Below, one piece after another: positions 19,715-29,459 of a stretch of DNA of 64,000 nt (position 1 is its first letter; each line of letters begins with the position of its first letter). The stretch is taken from contig CAVYGB010000008.1 in assembly GCA_963767925.1 (NCBI GenBank), forward strand, positions 2,720,001-2,784,000. Direction: 5' to 3'. The notes under the pieces are model-generated. The model worked only from the letters and a program-made list of their open reading frames with translations, had not been told where the DNA came from and made no database searches. This DNA comes from an uncultured delta proteobacterium. GTDB lineage: Bacteria > Myxococcota_A > Polyangia > Fen-1088. A program made the position numbers and the translations under genes.

Positions 19715-20339
19715 GTGAAGCGGACGCGAACCCTCTCCCGGCCGCTGGTGGCCGTCGCTGGCCTCCTGGTCGCCGGGGTGTTCCTGGGCGTCTACCTGCT
19801 CGGGGGAGACCCCAGCCAGGCCGACCCCGTTACCGCCGACCCCGCGCGCGCCTCCGGAGATCCGGCGGTCGCCCGCCACCGTCCCTTCCGCAACCCACGG
19901 GTGCCCCGGCTGCGGGTCGCGCCGCCGCCGGGCGGAGAAGCCGCTCCCCAGGTCTCGGTCCCCGCCCTGGTGCCACCGGCCTCGGCCGCGACCCGGCTCG
20001 CGCCCCTGCTGTCGCAATACCAGAGCTTCCTCGAGCAGACCGAGCTCGACGCCTCGGCGGGGCGGGAGGTGCGGCGCATCCTCCACCAGGCGCAGGCGTC
20101 GATCCTGCGCGCCGAGGAGCTCGCCGCCCAGAAGCTCGGCCGAGCCGGGCAACCGCCAGGCCCGCCGCCAGCGGGCCCTGCTCGAGGTCGAGCGGGCGCT
20201 ACAGGACAACATCCGCCCCGAGGAGGCCGAGCGGGTGCTCGCCCACAGCTTCGTGCAGGAGCTGCTGGCCGGCAACGAGCCGCTGTTCGAGGTGAACGAC
20301 CGCGGGGTGACGAACCTGCGCGAGGACATCCGCCCATGA
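19715..20339 (+). CDS. Hypothetical membrane-anchored protein, frameshifted near 20138
   Basis: N-terminal TM; the +1 frame continues AEPGNRQARRQRALLEVERAL...EDIRP* to 20339. Confidence 0.55.
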
Positions 20340-20354
20340 GCACCACCCCTGCCC

Positions 20355-21545
20355 TCAGCGGCCCAGCAACTCCTGGCGGGTCTGGGCGAACATCTCGACG
20401 GCGAAGGTGAGGTCGTCGCGGGAGTGGGCCGCCGAGACCTGCACGCGGATGCGGGCCTTTCCGAGGGGGACAACCGGGTAGCTGAACCCGACCGCGTACA
20501 CCCCCCGGTCGAGCAGCCGGTCGGCGAAGCGGGTGGCCAGGCTGGCGTCGCCCAGCATGATGGGCACGATCGGGTGAATCCCCGGCCGGATGTCGAAGCC
20601 CCGGTCGGTCATGGCCTGGCGGAAGAAGCGCGTGTTGTCCGCGAGCGTGTCGCGCAGCTCCCGGCTCTCCGACACAAGCTCGATCGCCCGGATCGAGGCG
20701 GCGGCGATGGGTGGAGCCAGGGTGTTGGAGAACAGATAGGGCCGCGAGCGCTGGCGCAGGGTCTCGACGATCTCCTTGCGCCCGCTGGTGTAGCCGCCGC
20801 TGGCGCCCCCCAGGGCCTTGCCCAGCGTGCCGGTCAAGAGGTCGACCCGCGCGCTGACGCCGTGGTGCTCGGGCGTGCCCCGACCAGTCGGGCCCACGAA
20901 GCCGACGGCGTGAGAGTCGTCGACCATCAGCAGGGCGTCGTGGCGGTCGGCGAGATCGCAGATGCCGGGCAGGTCGGCCAGGTCGCCGTCCATCGAGAAC
21001 ACGCCGTCGGTGGCGATCATGCGGAAGCGGGCGTCGGCGCTCTCCTTCAGCTTCTGCTCGAGGTCGGCCAGGTCGGAGTGGCGGTAGCGCAGGCGGCGCG
21101 CCTTGCACAGGCGGACGCCGTCGATGATGCTGGCGTGGTTGAGCTCGTCGGAGATGAGGGCGTCTTCGGCCCCCAGCAAAGTCTCGAACAGCCCCGTGTT
21201 GGCGTCGAAGCAGGAGCCGTAGAGGATGGTGTCCTCGGTCCCAAGGAAGGCGCTGAGGCGACCTTCCAGCTCCTTGTGCACGCCCTGGGTGCCGCAGATG
21301 AACCGGACCGACGACAGGCCGTACCCCCAGCGGGCCAGCCCCTCGGCCGCCGCCCGGGCCAGGGCCGGGTGCTGGGCCAGCCCCAGATAGTTGTTGGCGC
21401 ACATGACGAGCACGGGAGGCGACCCCTCCCCCAGCCGCACCCGGGTGCCCTGGGGCGTGTCGATGGTCCGTTCGTTCTTGTAGACCCCCTCGCCGCGCAT
21501 GCGCGCGAGCTCGGCGGTGAGCGTCTCCTTGATTCGACCGTACAC
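20355..21545 (-). CDS. kbl: Glycine C-acetyltransferase (2-amino-3-ketobutyrate CoA ligase)
   Basis: [47 protein letters not shown]. Confidence 0.96.
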   Translation of the reverse strand: MYGRIKETLTAELARMRGEGVYKNERTIDTPQGTRVRLGEGSPPVLVMCANNYLGLAQHPALARAAAEGLARWGYGLSSVRFICGTQGVHKELEGRLSAFLGTEDTILYGSCFDANTGLFETLLGAEDALISDELNHASIIDGVRLCKARRLRYRHSDLADLEQKLKESADARFRMIATDGVFSMDGDLADLPGICDLADRHDALLMVDDSHAVGFVGPTGRGTPEHHGVSARVDLLTGTLGKALGGASGGYTSGRKEIVETLRQRSRPYLFSNTLAPPIAAASIRAIELVSESRELRDTLADNTRFFRQAMTDRGFDIRPGIHPIVPIMLGDASLATRFADRLLDRGVYAVGFSYPVVPLGKARIRVQVSAAHSRDDLTFAVEMFAQTRQELLGR

Positions 21546-21594
21546 CGCGGCTCCTTTCTTCCTGGGCCCGCAGCGGAGGCGGGCCCGGGCCGGC

Positions 21595-22623
21595 TCAGAC
21601 CATCCAGTCGAGCACCACCCGCCCCGACTTGCCCGCCAGCATCGCTTCGAACCCGAGGTTGAAGTCGGTGTAGGGCATGCGGTGGGTGATGACCGGCTTG
21701 ATGTCCAGGCCACACTCCAGCATCACGTTCATCTTGTACCAGGTTTCGTACATCTCCCGGCCGTAGATCCCCTTGATGGTCAACATCGAGAAGATCACCG
21801 TGTTCCAGTCGATGGCCATCTCCCCCTCGGGGATGCCCAGCATGGCGATCTTGCCCCCGTGGGCCATGTTGGCCAGCATGTCGCGGAAGCCGCTGGGGTT
21901 GCCCGACATCTCGAGCCCCACGTCGAACCCCTCGTGCATCTTCAGCTCGCGCTGGACGTCCTTGAGGCTCTGCTTCTGGGGATCGACGGCCCTCGTGACG
22001 CCCACCTTGCGGGCCAGCTCGAGCCGGTAGGCGTTGACGTCGGTGATGACGACGTGGCGGGCGCCGGCGTGGCGGGCGACCGCCGCCGCCATGATCCCGA
22101 TGGGGCCCGCGCCGGTGATCAACACGTCCTCACCGAGCAGGGGGAACGACAGCGCCGTGTGCACGGCGTTGCCGAACGGATCGAAGATGGCGGCCACGTC
22201 CTTGTCGATGCCGGGCGGGTGGACCCAGACGTTGGTCATCGGGAGCGCCAGGTACTCCGCGAAGGCCCCGGGGCGGTCGACGCCGATCCCCTTGGTGCCG
22301 GCGCACAGGTGGCGGCGGCCGGCCAGGCAGTTGCGGCAGCGGCCACAGACCACGTGGCCCTCGCCGCTCACGATCTGCCCGGGCACGAAGTCCACGACGT
22401 TGGTGCCGACCTCGACGATCTCGCCGACGAACTCGTGACCCACCACCATGGGGACCGGGATGGTCTTCCGGGCCCAGCTGTCCCAGCGGAAGATGTGGAC
22501 GTCGGTGCCGCAGATGCCGGTCCGGTGCACCCGGATCAGCACGTCGTTGATCCCCGGCTTCGGGGCGGGCACGTCCTCGAGCCACAACCCGGGCTCTGCC
22601 CGGCTCTTTACCAGTGCTTTCAC
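21595..22623 (-). CDS. tdh: L-threonine 3-dehydrogenase
   Basis: [36 protein letters not shown]. Confidence 0.96.
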   Translation of the reverse strand: MKALVKSRAEPGLWLEDVPAPKPGINDVLIRVHRTGICGTDVHIFRWDSWARKTIPVPMVVGHEFVGEIVEVGTNVVDFVPGQIVSGEGHVVCGRCRNCLAGRRHLCAGTKGIGVDRPGAFAEYLALPMTNVWVHPPGIDKDVAAIFDPFGNAVHTALSFPLLGEDVLITGAGPIGIMAAAVARHAGARHVVITDVNAYRLELARKVGVTRAVDPQKQSLKDVQRELKMHEGFDVGLEMSGNPSGFRDMLANMAHGGKIAMLGIPEGEMAIDWNTVIFSMLTIKGIYGREMYETWYKMNVMLECGLDIKPVITHRMPYTDFNLGFEAMLAGKSGRVVLDWMV

Positions 22624-22952
22624 CTGACTCCCCCTTCTTCCTGGTGGTCTTGCTGGGTCCCGCTGCTTGCTCACCCTGGGGTCCCCTACCTCATCGGCGG
22701 GGTTGAGGTTGTACGCGAATTGTGGACCGAAGTTCCGACAAAAGCGCCCCCCGGCCGCGCCGTGCCGCCGCGGGGGGGCGCCCGGAATGCCTTCAGGTTT
22801 CGCCAGCATGGGCGACCGGCGGCGCCCGGGCGGGCGCCTGCGACGCGATGTTTCCGGCATCGGGGCTCGCCGCTATTGAACTTTGGTCAATGCGCGCGCA
22901 GAATCGCCGCCAGGTAAACGACGTGGATCGCCGGCTGACCTGGGAGGAACCG

Positions 22953-24060
22953 ATGCGCACTATCAGACTCGACCGCAGAGCAGGCACAGCGTTCTTGTTC
23001 GGCGCCGCTCTGGCGCTCTCTGGCTGCGGCTCGGCCGCCAACTCGGAGACTCCGGGCGGCGGGGGGGCCGGCGGCGCGCCGGCCGGCAGCGCGGGCAGCG
23101 GTGGATCCGCCCCCGCCCCCACCGCGGGCGCTCCCGCGGCCGGCAGCCCCGGCTCCGAGGGCAGCGGCGGCTCCGCGGGCTCCGCCGGCAGCCCGGCGCG
23201 GATGGACGCCGCCGTCCGGGGGCCCGACAGCGGCGCTGCCCCCGACGCGGCCGTTGCGCCCGGCGGCTGTCCGACCCGGCCCAACCTCACCCTGGCGGTC
23301 CACATCGTCATGAACGCCACCTGGCCGGGCACCACCTCCGCCGCCACCGGCACCGACAAGATCCACGTCTGGAACCTCACCAAGGTCAACGTGACCGGCA
23401 ACGAGCTGGCCGGTAACCAGACCCGCTCCTGCGGCACGGTGTTGCCCCCCTTCTCGCTGACCGCGGGCGGCCGGCTCGTCACCGGCGGCGAACGCGTCCA
23501 GATCGAGATCCCGTTTTCGATCTGGGAGGCGCCAACCGTACCCCGGCTGAACAGCCGGGGACGCCTGGGGGGCTGGAACCCCGGCAGCAGCTTCGCCATC
23601 GACGGGACGGTGGCCCTGATCGGGCTCACGATGGACGACCCCATGGCGGCCTGGCCCGCCTCGTACACCGGCATCCAGGCGGTGGACGCCGACGGCGACG
23701 GCAAGCCGGGCTTCACCGCGGTCCCCCGCTCGGGCGGCGGCTTCGTGCAGCCCCCCACCGGCCTGGGGCTGTTCGGCTCGGCCCCCTCGGCCGATCAGGT
23801 CTACATCGCCTCCCGATCGGTGATCGGCCTCGACGGCACGGTTCACCTCTTGCAGCGACATTTCGGGCGAGGCCCGGGTCGTCACCTTCGACAGCCACGC
23901 GGTCGGCTGCCATGTCCGCAACGGCGGCGAGTGCAGCGCCAACCAGACCGACTTCGTCGACCAGAACCGCACCATCTACCGGATCACCGGCGGGACCTTC
24001 ACCGCCAAGCAAGTCCCGGACGACGCCTCCTGCGCCGACGTCCGGACCGCCGTGCCTTGA
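22953..24060 (+). CDS. Myxobacterial-type lipoprotein, frameshifted near 23840
   Basis: LSGC lipobox, Gly/Ser linker, DADGDGKPG Ca-binding-like motif; the +1 frame continues FTSCSDISG...VRTAVP*. Confidence 0.7.
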
Positions 24061-24085
24061 TCACCCCGAAAGGAACCACCTCCCG

Positions 24086-25861
24086 ATGACCAGCCCAGCC
24101 CGGGGCGGCAGCTTCCTCGTCGAGGACTGCGCGCCCGAGGACGTCTTCACGCCCGAGGACCTCAGCGAGGAGCAGCGCCTCATCGGCGAGTCCTGCGCCC
24201 GGTGGATGCAGCAGGACGTCTTGCCCCGTCTGCCCCGGATGCTGGCCCTGGACTACGAGGTCATCCGGGCGGCCCTGCGCAAGGCCGGCGAGCAGGGCCT
24301 GCTCGGGATCGAGATCCCCGTCGCCTACGGGGGTCTCGGCCTCGACAAGGTCACCGCCACCGTCGCCGGCGAGCAGGTGTCGCGCGACGCCAGCATGGCC
24401 ACGACCTTCATGGCCCACACCGGCATCGGCACCTTGCCGATCGTCTATTTCGGCAGCGAGGCCCAGAAGCGCAAGTACCTGCCCAAGCTGGCCAGCGGCG
24501 AGTGGATCTCCTCCTACTCGCTGTCGGAGGCGGCCTCCGCCTCCGACGCCCTCAACGCCAAGACCCGGGCGGTGCTCTCGGCCGACGGCAAGAGCTGGGT
24601 CCTCAACGGCGAGAAGATGTGGCTCACAAACTCCGGCTTCGCCGACCTCTACATCATCTTCGCCAAGGTCGACGGCAAGGACTTCTCCGCCTTCATCATC
24701 GAGAAGGGGACCCCGGGGGTGAGCCTGGGGGCGGAGGAGCACAAGCTGGGCATCAAGGGGTCCTCCACCCGGCCCCTCATCCTGGCCGACGCGGTCATCC
24801 CGCGGGAGAACCTGCTCGGCGAGATCGGCAAGGGCCACAAGATCGCCTTCAATGTCCTCAACCTGGGCCGCTTCAAGCTGGGGGCGGGCGTGACCGGGGG
24901 GGCCAAGCTGGTCATCGCCGAGGCGGTCGAATACGCCCGCAACCGCACCGCCTTCGGCAAGCCGATCACCGACTTCGGCCTCATCCGCCACAAGATCGGG
25001 GAGATGGCCATCCTGGCCTACGTGGCCGAGTCCCTGATCTACCGGATCGCCGGCAACATCGACCGCAACCTGGCCGACCTCGATCCCGAGGACACCACCG
25101 GCCAGCTCAAGCGGATCGAGGAGTACGACGTCGAGTGCTCGATGGCCAAGGTCTGGTGCTCCGAGGTGCTCGACTACGTTGTCGACGAGAACGTGCAGAT
25201 CTTCGGGGGCGCCGGCTTCGTCGAGGACTACCCCGCCGAGCGCCACTACCGGGACGCCCGCATCAACCGCATCTACGAGGGGACCAACGAGATCAACCGC
25301 CTGCTGGTGCCGGGGCGGCTGCTCCGCCGGGCCCTCAAGCAGGAGCTGCCGATCTTCGAGAAGGCGATGGCCCTGATGAGCGAGCTGTCCCCCGACGGCG
25401 GGGTGCGGCGCGAGAGCCCCGCCGGGTTCCTGGCGGCCGAGTCCGAGATGGCGGCCGGCGCCAAGAAGGCGGCCCTCATGTGCATCGGGCTGGCCGCCCA
25501 GAAGTACGGCGAGGCGCTCTCCCACGAGCAGGAGATCCTCGGGCACTTCGCCGACATCGCCATGGAGACCTACGCCCTCGAGAGCGCCCTGTTGCGGACG
25601 CGCAAACGGGCGGTTGCCAGGGGGGAAGACCAGACCCGGATCCAGGAGGCGGCCGTGCGCTGCTTCGCCCAGGATGCCCTCGATCGCGTGGAGACCTCGG
25701 CCCGCCGCCTGCTGTCCGCCCTGGCCGAGGGGGAGCCTCTGCGCGGGTACCTGGGAGCGCTCCAGCGCTTCACCCGCCGGGACCCGGCCAACACGGTGGC
25801 GCTGCGGCGCCAGGTGGCGAGCGCGGCCATCGAGGCCGGAAGGTATCCCCTGTCCGATTGA
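24086..25861 (+). CDS. Acyl-CoA dehydrogenase (FadE/VLCAD-like)
   Basis: YSLSEAASASDA, LNGEKMWLTN, EEHKLGIKGSST, QIFGGAG, RINRIYEGTNEINR. Confidence 0.93.
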   Translation: MTSPARGGSFLVEDCAPEDVFTPEDLSEEQRLIGESCARWMQQDVLPRLPRMLALDYEVIRAALRKAGEQGLLGIEIPVAYGGLGLDKVTATVAGEQVSRDASMATTFMAHTGIGTLPIVYFGSEAQKRKYLPKLASGEWISSYSLSEAASASDALNAKTRAVLSADGKSWVLNGEKMWLTNSGFADLYIIFAKVDGKDFSAFIIEKGTPGVSLGAEEHKLGIKGSSTRPLILADAVIPRENLLGEIGKGHKIAFNVLNLGRFKLGAGVTGGAKLVIAEAVEYARNRTAFGKPITDFGLIRHKIGEMAILAYVAESLIYRIAGNIDRNLADLDPEDTTGQLKRIEEYDVECSMAKVWCSEVLDYVVDENVQIFGGAGFVEDYPAERHYRDARINRIYEGTNEINRLLVPGRLLRRALKQELPIFEKAMALMSELSPDGGVRRESPAGFLAAESEMAAGAKKAALMCIGLAAQKYGEALSHEQEILGHFADIAMETYALESALLRTRKRAVARGEDQTRIQEAAVRCFAQDALDRVETSARRLLSALAEGEPLRGYLGALQRFTRRDPANTVALRRQVASAAIEAGRYPLSD

Positions 25862-25866
25862 GCGCG

Positions 25867-25893
25867 GGAACCTTCCCGGAGGGCGGTCGTGTA
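25867..25893 (+). promoter_or_regulatory. ECF-type promoter for the TonB-dependent receptor
   Basis: GGAAC-N16-CGTGTA, with the same -35/-10 as the ECF autopromoter. Confidence 0.7.
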
Positions 25894-25956
25894 ACCGGGC
25901 GGGTGTTTTCTAGGGTACCCTCCCTGGGTCTCGTGCCCCCGGAAAGGACCGCCCGC

Positions 25957-28701
25957 ATGGCGTGGACCGCGCGTTCGATGGTGGGAGTAGCGATGCTGCT
26001 GGCGCCGCTCGCGATGGGAATCCCCCGCGCTGCCGCGCAGAGCGGACAGAACGGGTCGATCCTCGGTTACGTGATGGACCAGAGCGGCACGCCCCTCAAG
26101 GGCGTCCGCGTGCTGGCCGGCTCGGCCACCCAGATCGGCGGCACCCGGACGGTCTACACCAACGAGGAGGGCGCCTTCCGCTTCCTGGCCTTGCAGCCGG
26201 GGCGCTTCGAGGTGCGGGCCTCCGCCCCCCGGCTCAAGACCGTGCTGCTCAAGGACGTCCGGGTGGGCATCGGCGCGCCGGCCGAGGTCAACCTGGTGAT
26301 GGAGGTCGAGACCGCGGCCGAGGAGGTGCAGGTCGTCGAGCGGGCCCCCCTCATCAGCACCAGCTCGGCCAGCGTCAAGGAGGTGTTCGACCTCGAAATG
26401 GTCGAGAGCCTGCCTCACGGCAGCCGCGACAGCGTGCACTCGCAGGTGGTCAACGACGTGGCCGGGGGCATCAACGGACGCATCCGGGGCGGGGCCAGCA
26501 ACCAGACCATCTACACCCAGGACGGCTTCGACATCCGGGGGCAGGTGCCGACCCTCAAGGCCTCCGCGGCCTACGAGGTCAACACGGGCGGCTACGGGGT
26601 CGACAACCCCATGGCTTCGGGCGGGTCGATCAACATGGTGACGAAGTCCGGCTCGAACCGCTTCGAGCTCGAGCTCAACGCCACCGCCGACAGCAACCGG
26701 ATGCGCTTCTTCACCGACGGCACCGACGCGGCCGCCCCTACCTACCTCTACTTCCTCAACCCGCTCATCTCGGGGCCCATCATCAAGGACAAGCTCTGGT
26801 TCCACTTCAACACCGAGGTGTATTTCCAGCAGAACGGCCGGGACCCCGACGTCGAGGGCTATCTGCCCGACCCGGCCACCTACCGCAAGTGGGTCCCCAA
26901 GGGCACCCTCAAGGTCACCTGGCAGGTCAGCCCCCGCAACAAGCTGCAGAGCCTCACCAACTTCGACTTCCCCAACGAGTGGAACCGGCGGGGCGAGCTG
27001 GGGGTCGACGCCCTGGCCCAGGAGAGCCGCCGGGGCCAGCGCGTGTTCCAGGGGCTGATCTGGGAGTCGCTGCTGAAGGACGACGTCATCCTCCGCAGCC
27101 AGATCGGCTTCACCTCGGTCCCCATGCACATCTACCCGGCCCGCTGTGACGACGAGCCGGTGGCCTGCGACCACACCCCGGCGGTCATCCAGCGCTTTCC
27201 CAAGCGGCAAGATCTGCAGAACAACAGCAACCACCAGCGCGACGACCTCTACGCCCTGCAGTTCCAGAACCGGATCGACTGGCTGCTGTCGAGCCGGCGC
27301 TTCGGCGAGCACGCCCTGCAGCTCAAGGACAACTTCTACAGCGAGCAGGACATCCGGCGGGTCTCCCGCCCCGGTGACGCCATCATCGAGCTCAACGGAT
27401 CGGTCCCCGACGCCCGAACGACCTACTACTCCAACGATCCCCGCCTCGAGCCCGAGCGCTTCGGCTGGAACGTCACCAGCACGACCATCGCCCGCCACTT
27501 CGCCACCCTGAGCGACTCCTGGCGCCCCAGCCGCTTCCTCACCGTGACGCCCGCCCTGTCGCACGTCTGGGCCACCGGCTCGAACAGCGCCGGCGACCAT
27601 CTGGTCGCCCAGAACACCTTCGCCCCGGCGGCGGCGCTGGCCTGGGACGCCACCCACGACGGGCGCACCGTGGTGCGGGCCAGCTACAACCACTACGTCG
27701 ACCTCGACGTGGGCGCCCTCTCTCGCCACACGGTGGGGGGCCTCACCCAGATGCGCTGCCGCTGGAACGAGGCGACCCAGGCCTTCGACGGGGCCTGCGA
27801 ATACAGCGGCGGCGCCAGCCGCAACACCTTCGGGCTGGCCTGCGGGCCCACCGGGTTCGACGCCCAGGGGCTGCCCTGCCGGGAGGCGCTGAAGATCCCC
27901 CGCACCATCGAATACACCGCGGGGGCGGAGCGGGAGATCGTCGATGGGGTGGCGCTGGGCCTGGACCTGTTTTACCGGACCTTCCGCCACCTCTACGAGA
28001 CGCAGGAGACCAACCGGGTCTGGTCGAGCACCGGCGCCGGCCTGGTGCCCACCGGCGGCTACCGCAACGGCCGGCGCGAGACCATCAGCGACCTCGGCAC
28101 GCCGGCGGCCGCCCGGCGCCTCTACCGGGGCGCCACGCTCGGGCTGACCAAGCGCGAAGGGCGCCTCAAGATGAAGGCCTCCTACACGCTGTCGAAGCTC
28201 GAGGGCAGCGTCCTCGACGGCACCAACAACGCCTGGGGCGACATCGCCCCCCGCGACGTCTTCCTCTACGGGGACCTGGCCGACGATCACCGGCACGAGC
28301 TCAAGGCCAGCACCACCTATCAGATCTCCCCCTGGCTGTCGGCCGGCCTCCGTTACCGCTATTACTCTGGCCGCCCTTACAACCGCCTGTACCGCAACGA
28401 CGTCACCGGCGCCTTCGACCTCTACCGAGCGCGGGTGGGGGTCAACCCCGGCACCAACATCAACGATCCCGGGGACGATCGCGCCCTCCGCTACCCCGAT
28501 CTGCAGGACGTCAACGTGCAACTCCGGGCCAGCCTGCTCCCCTTGATCGGGCAGCGGCTCGACCTCTACGTCGACGTGCTGAACGTGCTGGGCCTCCGCA
28601 CCACCACCCTGGTGGGGCAGGAGGACGGACGCGACTTCGATGTGGTGCGGGGCCGGCTCGAGCCCTTCCGGATCCGGCTGGGCCTCAATTACCGCTATTG
28701 A
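25957..28701 (+). CDS. Oar-like TonB-dependent receptor with carboxypeptidase-regulatory-like N-domain
   Basis: Signal peptide, GYVMDQSGTPLKG, GGSINMVTKSGSN plug motif, terminal RLGLNYRY. Confidence 0.88.
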   Translation: MAWTARSMVGVAMLLAPLAMGIPRAAAQSGQNGSILGYVMDQSGTPLKGVRVLAGSATQIGGTRTVYTNEEGAFRFLALQPGRFEVRASAPRLKTVLLKDVRVGIGAPAEVNLVMEVETAAEEVQVVERAPLISTSSASVKEVFDLEMVESLPHGSRDSVHSQVVNDVAGGINGRIRGGASNQTIYTQDGFDIRGQVPTLKASAAYEVNTGGYGVDNPMASGGSINMVTKSGSNRFELELNATADSNRMRFFTDGTDAAAPTYLYFLNPLISGPIIKDKLWFHFNTEVYFQQNGRDPDVEGYLPDPATYRKWVPKGTLKVTWQVSPRNKLQSLTNFDFPNEWNRRGELGVDALAQESRRGQRVFQGLIWESLLKDDVILRSQIGFTSVPMHIYPARCDDEPVACDHTPAVIQRFPKRQDLQNNSNHQRDDLYALQFQNRIDWLLSSRRFGEHALQLKDNFYSEQDIRRVSRPGDAIIELNGSVPDARTTYYSNDPRLEPERFGWNVTSTTIARHFATLSDSWRPSRFLTVTPALSHVWATGSNSAGDHLVAQNTFAPAAALAWDATHDGRTVVRASYNHYVDLDVGALSRHTVGGLTQMRCRWNEATQAFDGACEYSGGASRNTFGLACGPTGFDAQGLPCREALKIPRTIEYTAGAEREIVDGVALGLDLFYRTFRHLYETQETNRVWSSTGAGLVPTGGYRNGRRETISDLGTPAAARRLYRGATLGLTKREGRLKMKASYTLSKLEGSVLDGTNNAWGDIAPRDVFLYGDLADDHRHELKASTTYQISPWLSAGLRYRYYSGRPYNRLYRNDVTGAFDLYRARVGVNPGTNINDPGDDRALRYPDLQDVNVQLRASLLPLIGQRLDLYVDVLNVLGLRTTTLVGQEDGRDFDVVRGRLEPFRIRLGLNYRY

Positions 28702-28776
28702 CTACTCGTCGAATAGTGGCGAGAACCGCTCCTCGGCGGTGACCCGTTCGGTGAGCGACAGGTGGAGCGAGGCGCG

Positions 28777-28803
28777 GGAACAAAACCCAGGTGGCGGCGT
28801 AAA
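28777..28803 (+). promoter_or_regulatory. ECF-type promoter for the four-helix-bundle gene
   Basis: GGAAC-N16-CGTAAA; GCGCGGGAAC context identical to that at 25862; AAA after GGAAC as at 12455 and 12408. Confidence 0.55.
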
Positions 28804-28819
28804 ACGGACAAAGGTTCAC

Positions 28820-29161
28820 ATGGCCGCCAATCCGCCGGAGCTGGACGACGTCACTCTACGCTTGGGCGACGCTCTTGCGCGGAGAATGCCACGCGGGTAT
28901 GCGACGTAGCAGGACCAGCTTCGGCGCGCGCTGTTGTCGGCATACCTGGGCATCGCCGAGGCATCCAGCCGAACGGGCGCCGACAGGATCTCACGGTTCC
29001 GCACCGCCAGAGGCGAAGCGTCCGAGGCGGCAGCCGCCTTGGAGGCGGTTGCAATCCTGGGACTTGCTCCCGATACCGAGATCGAAGCGGTGATGTCTCT
29101 GCTCGACCGGCTGTGCGCGATGCTCACTCGGCTCGCCGGCATGCACCGCCACCAACCCTGA
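28820..29161 (+). pseudogene. Four-helix-bundle protein (bAvd-like / 23S rRNA IVP family) with in-frame TAG
   Basis: MPRGYAT*QDQLRRALLSAYLGIAEA...RFRTARGEASEAAAALE...LCAMLTRL; TAG at 28907-28909; visibly less GC-biased codons. Confidence 0.8.
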
Positions 29162-29175
29162 TGACTGCCGCGGCT

Positions 29176-29357
29176 GTCGTGGTCGTGCTCGTGTGCGAGC
29201 GCGTGTTCGAGTTCGTGTCCGTGTGTGGTGAGCGTGTTCGGCCCGCGGGCCTCGGCTCGCGTGATTTACGCGCACCGAGAGCCGCCTGGCCGCTCAACGC
29301 TCGCCCCACACGAACTCGAACACGAACAAGCGCTCGACCACGCCCACGAGCACGCGT
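29176..29357. repeat. ~180-nt imperfect inverted repeat built from NNCG(T/A)G hexamers
   Basis: Perfect 17-bp IR 29202-29218/29308-29324; 10-bp IR 29184-29193/29345-29354; 7-bp IR 29196-29202/29330-29336; inner stems closing on GCGTGATTTACGC. Confidence 0.88.
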
Positions 29358-29459
29358 CCCGGCCTCGATACCTCGTTTCGCCCATCGGCGCAAATTCTCC
29401 ACAGGTTTCAGCGGCTGGCTCTTAGTCGGGTCGGGGACGGGGACGGGGCCTCTGTGGTG

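Noticed and set aside
24202..28701. 1499-aa ORF suggesting a giant fusion protein
   Set aside because: The upstream part is an off-frame read through the acyl-CoA dehydrogenase; the real gene starts at 25957. The same applies to 4455..6518, 5537..7891, 39868..43317 and 42087..44165
29176..29357. CRISPR array or integron attC site
   Set aside because: No repeat-spacer periodicity or cas genes; no RYYYAAC/GTTRRRY ends or integrase recognised
28820..29450. Diversity-generating retroelement or rRNA intervening sequence
   Set aside because: No reverse transcriptase, no TR/VR pair and no rRNA gene seen in the window
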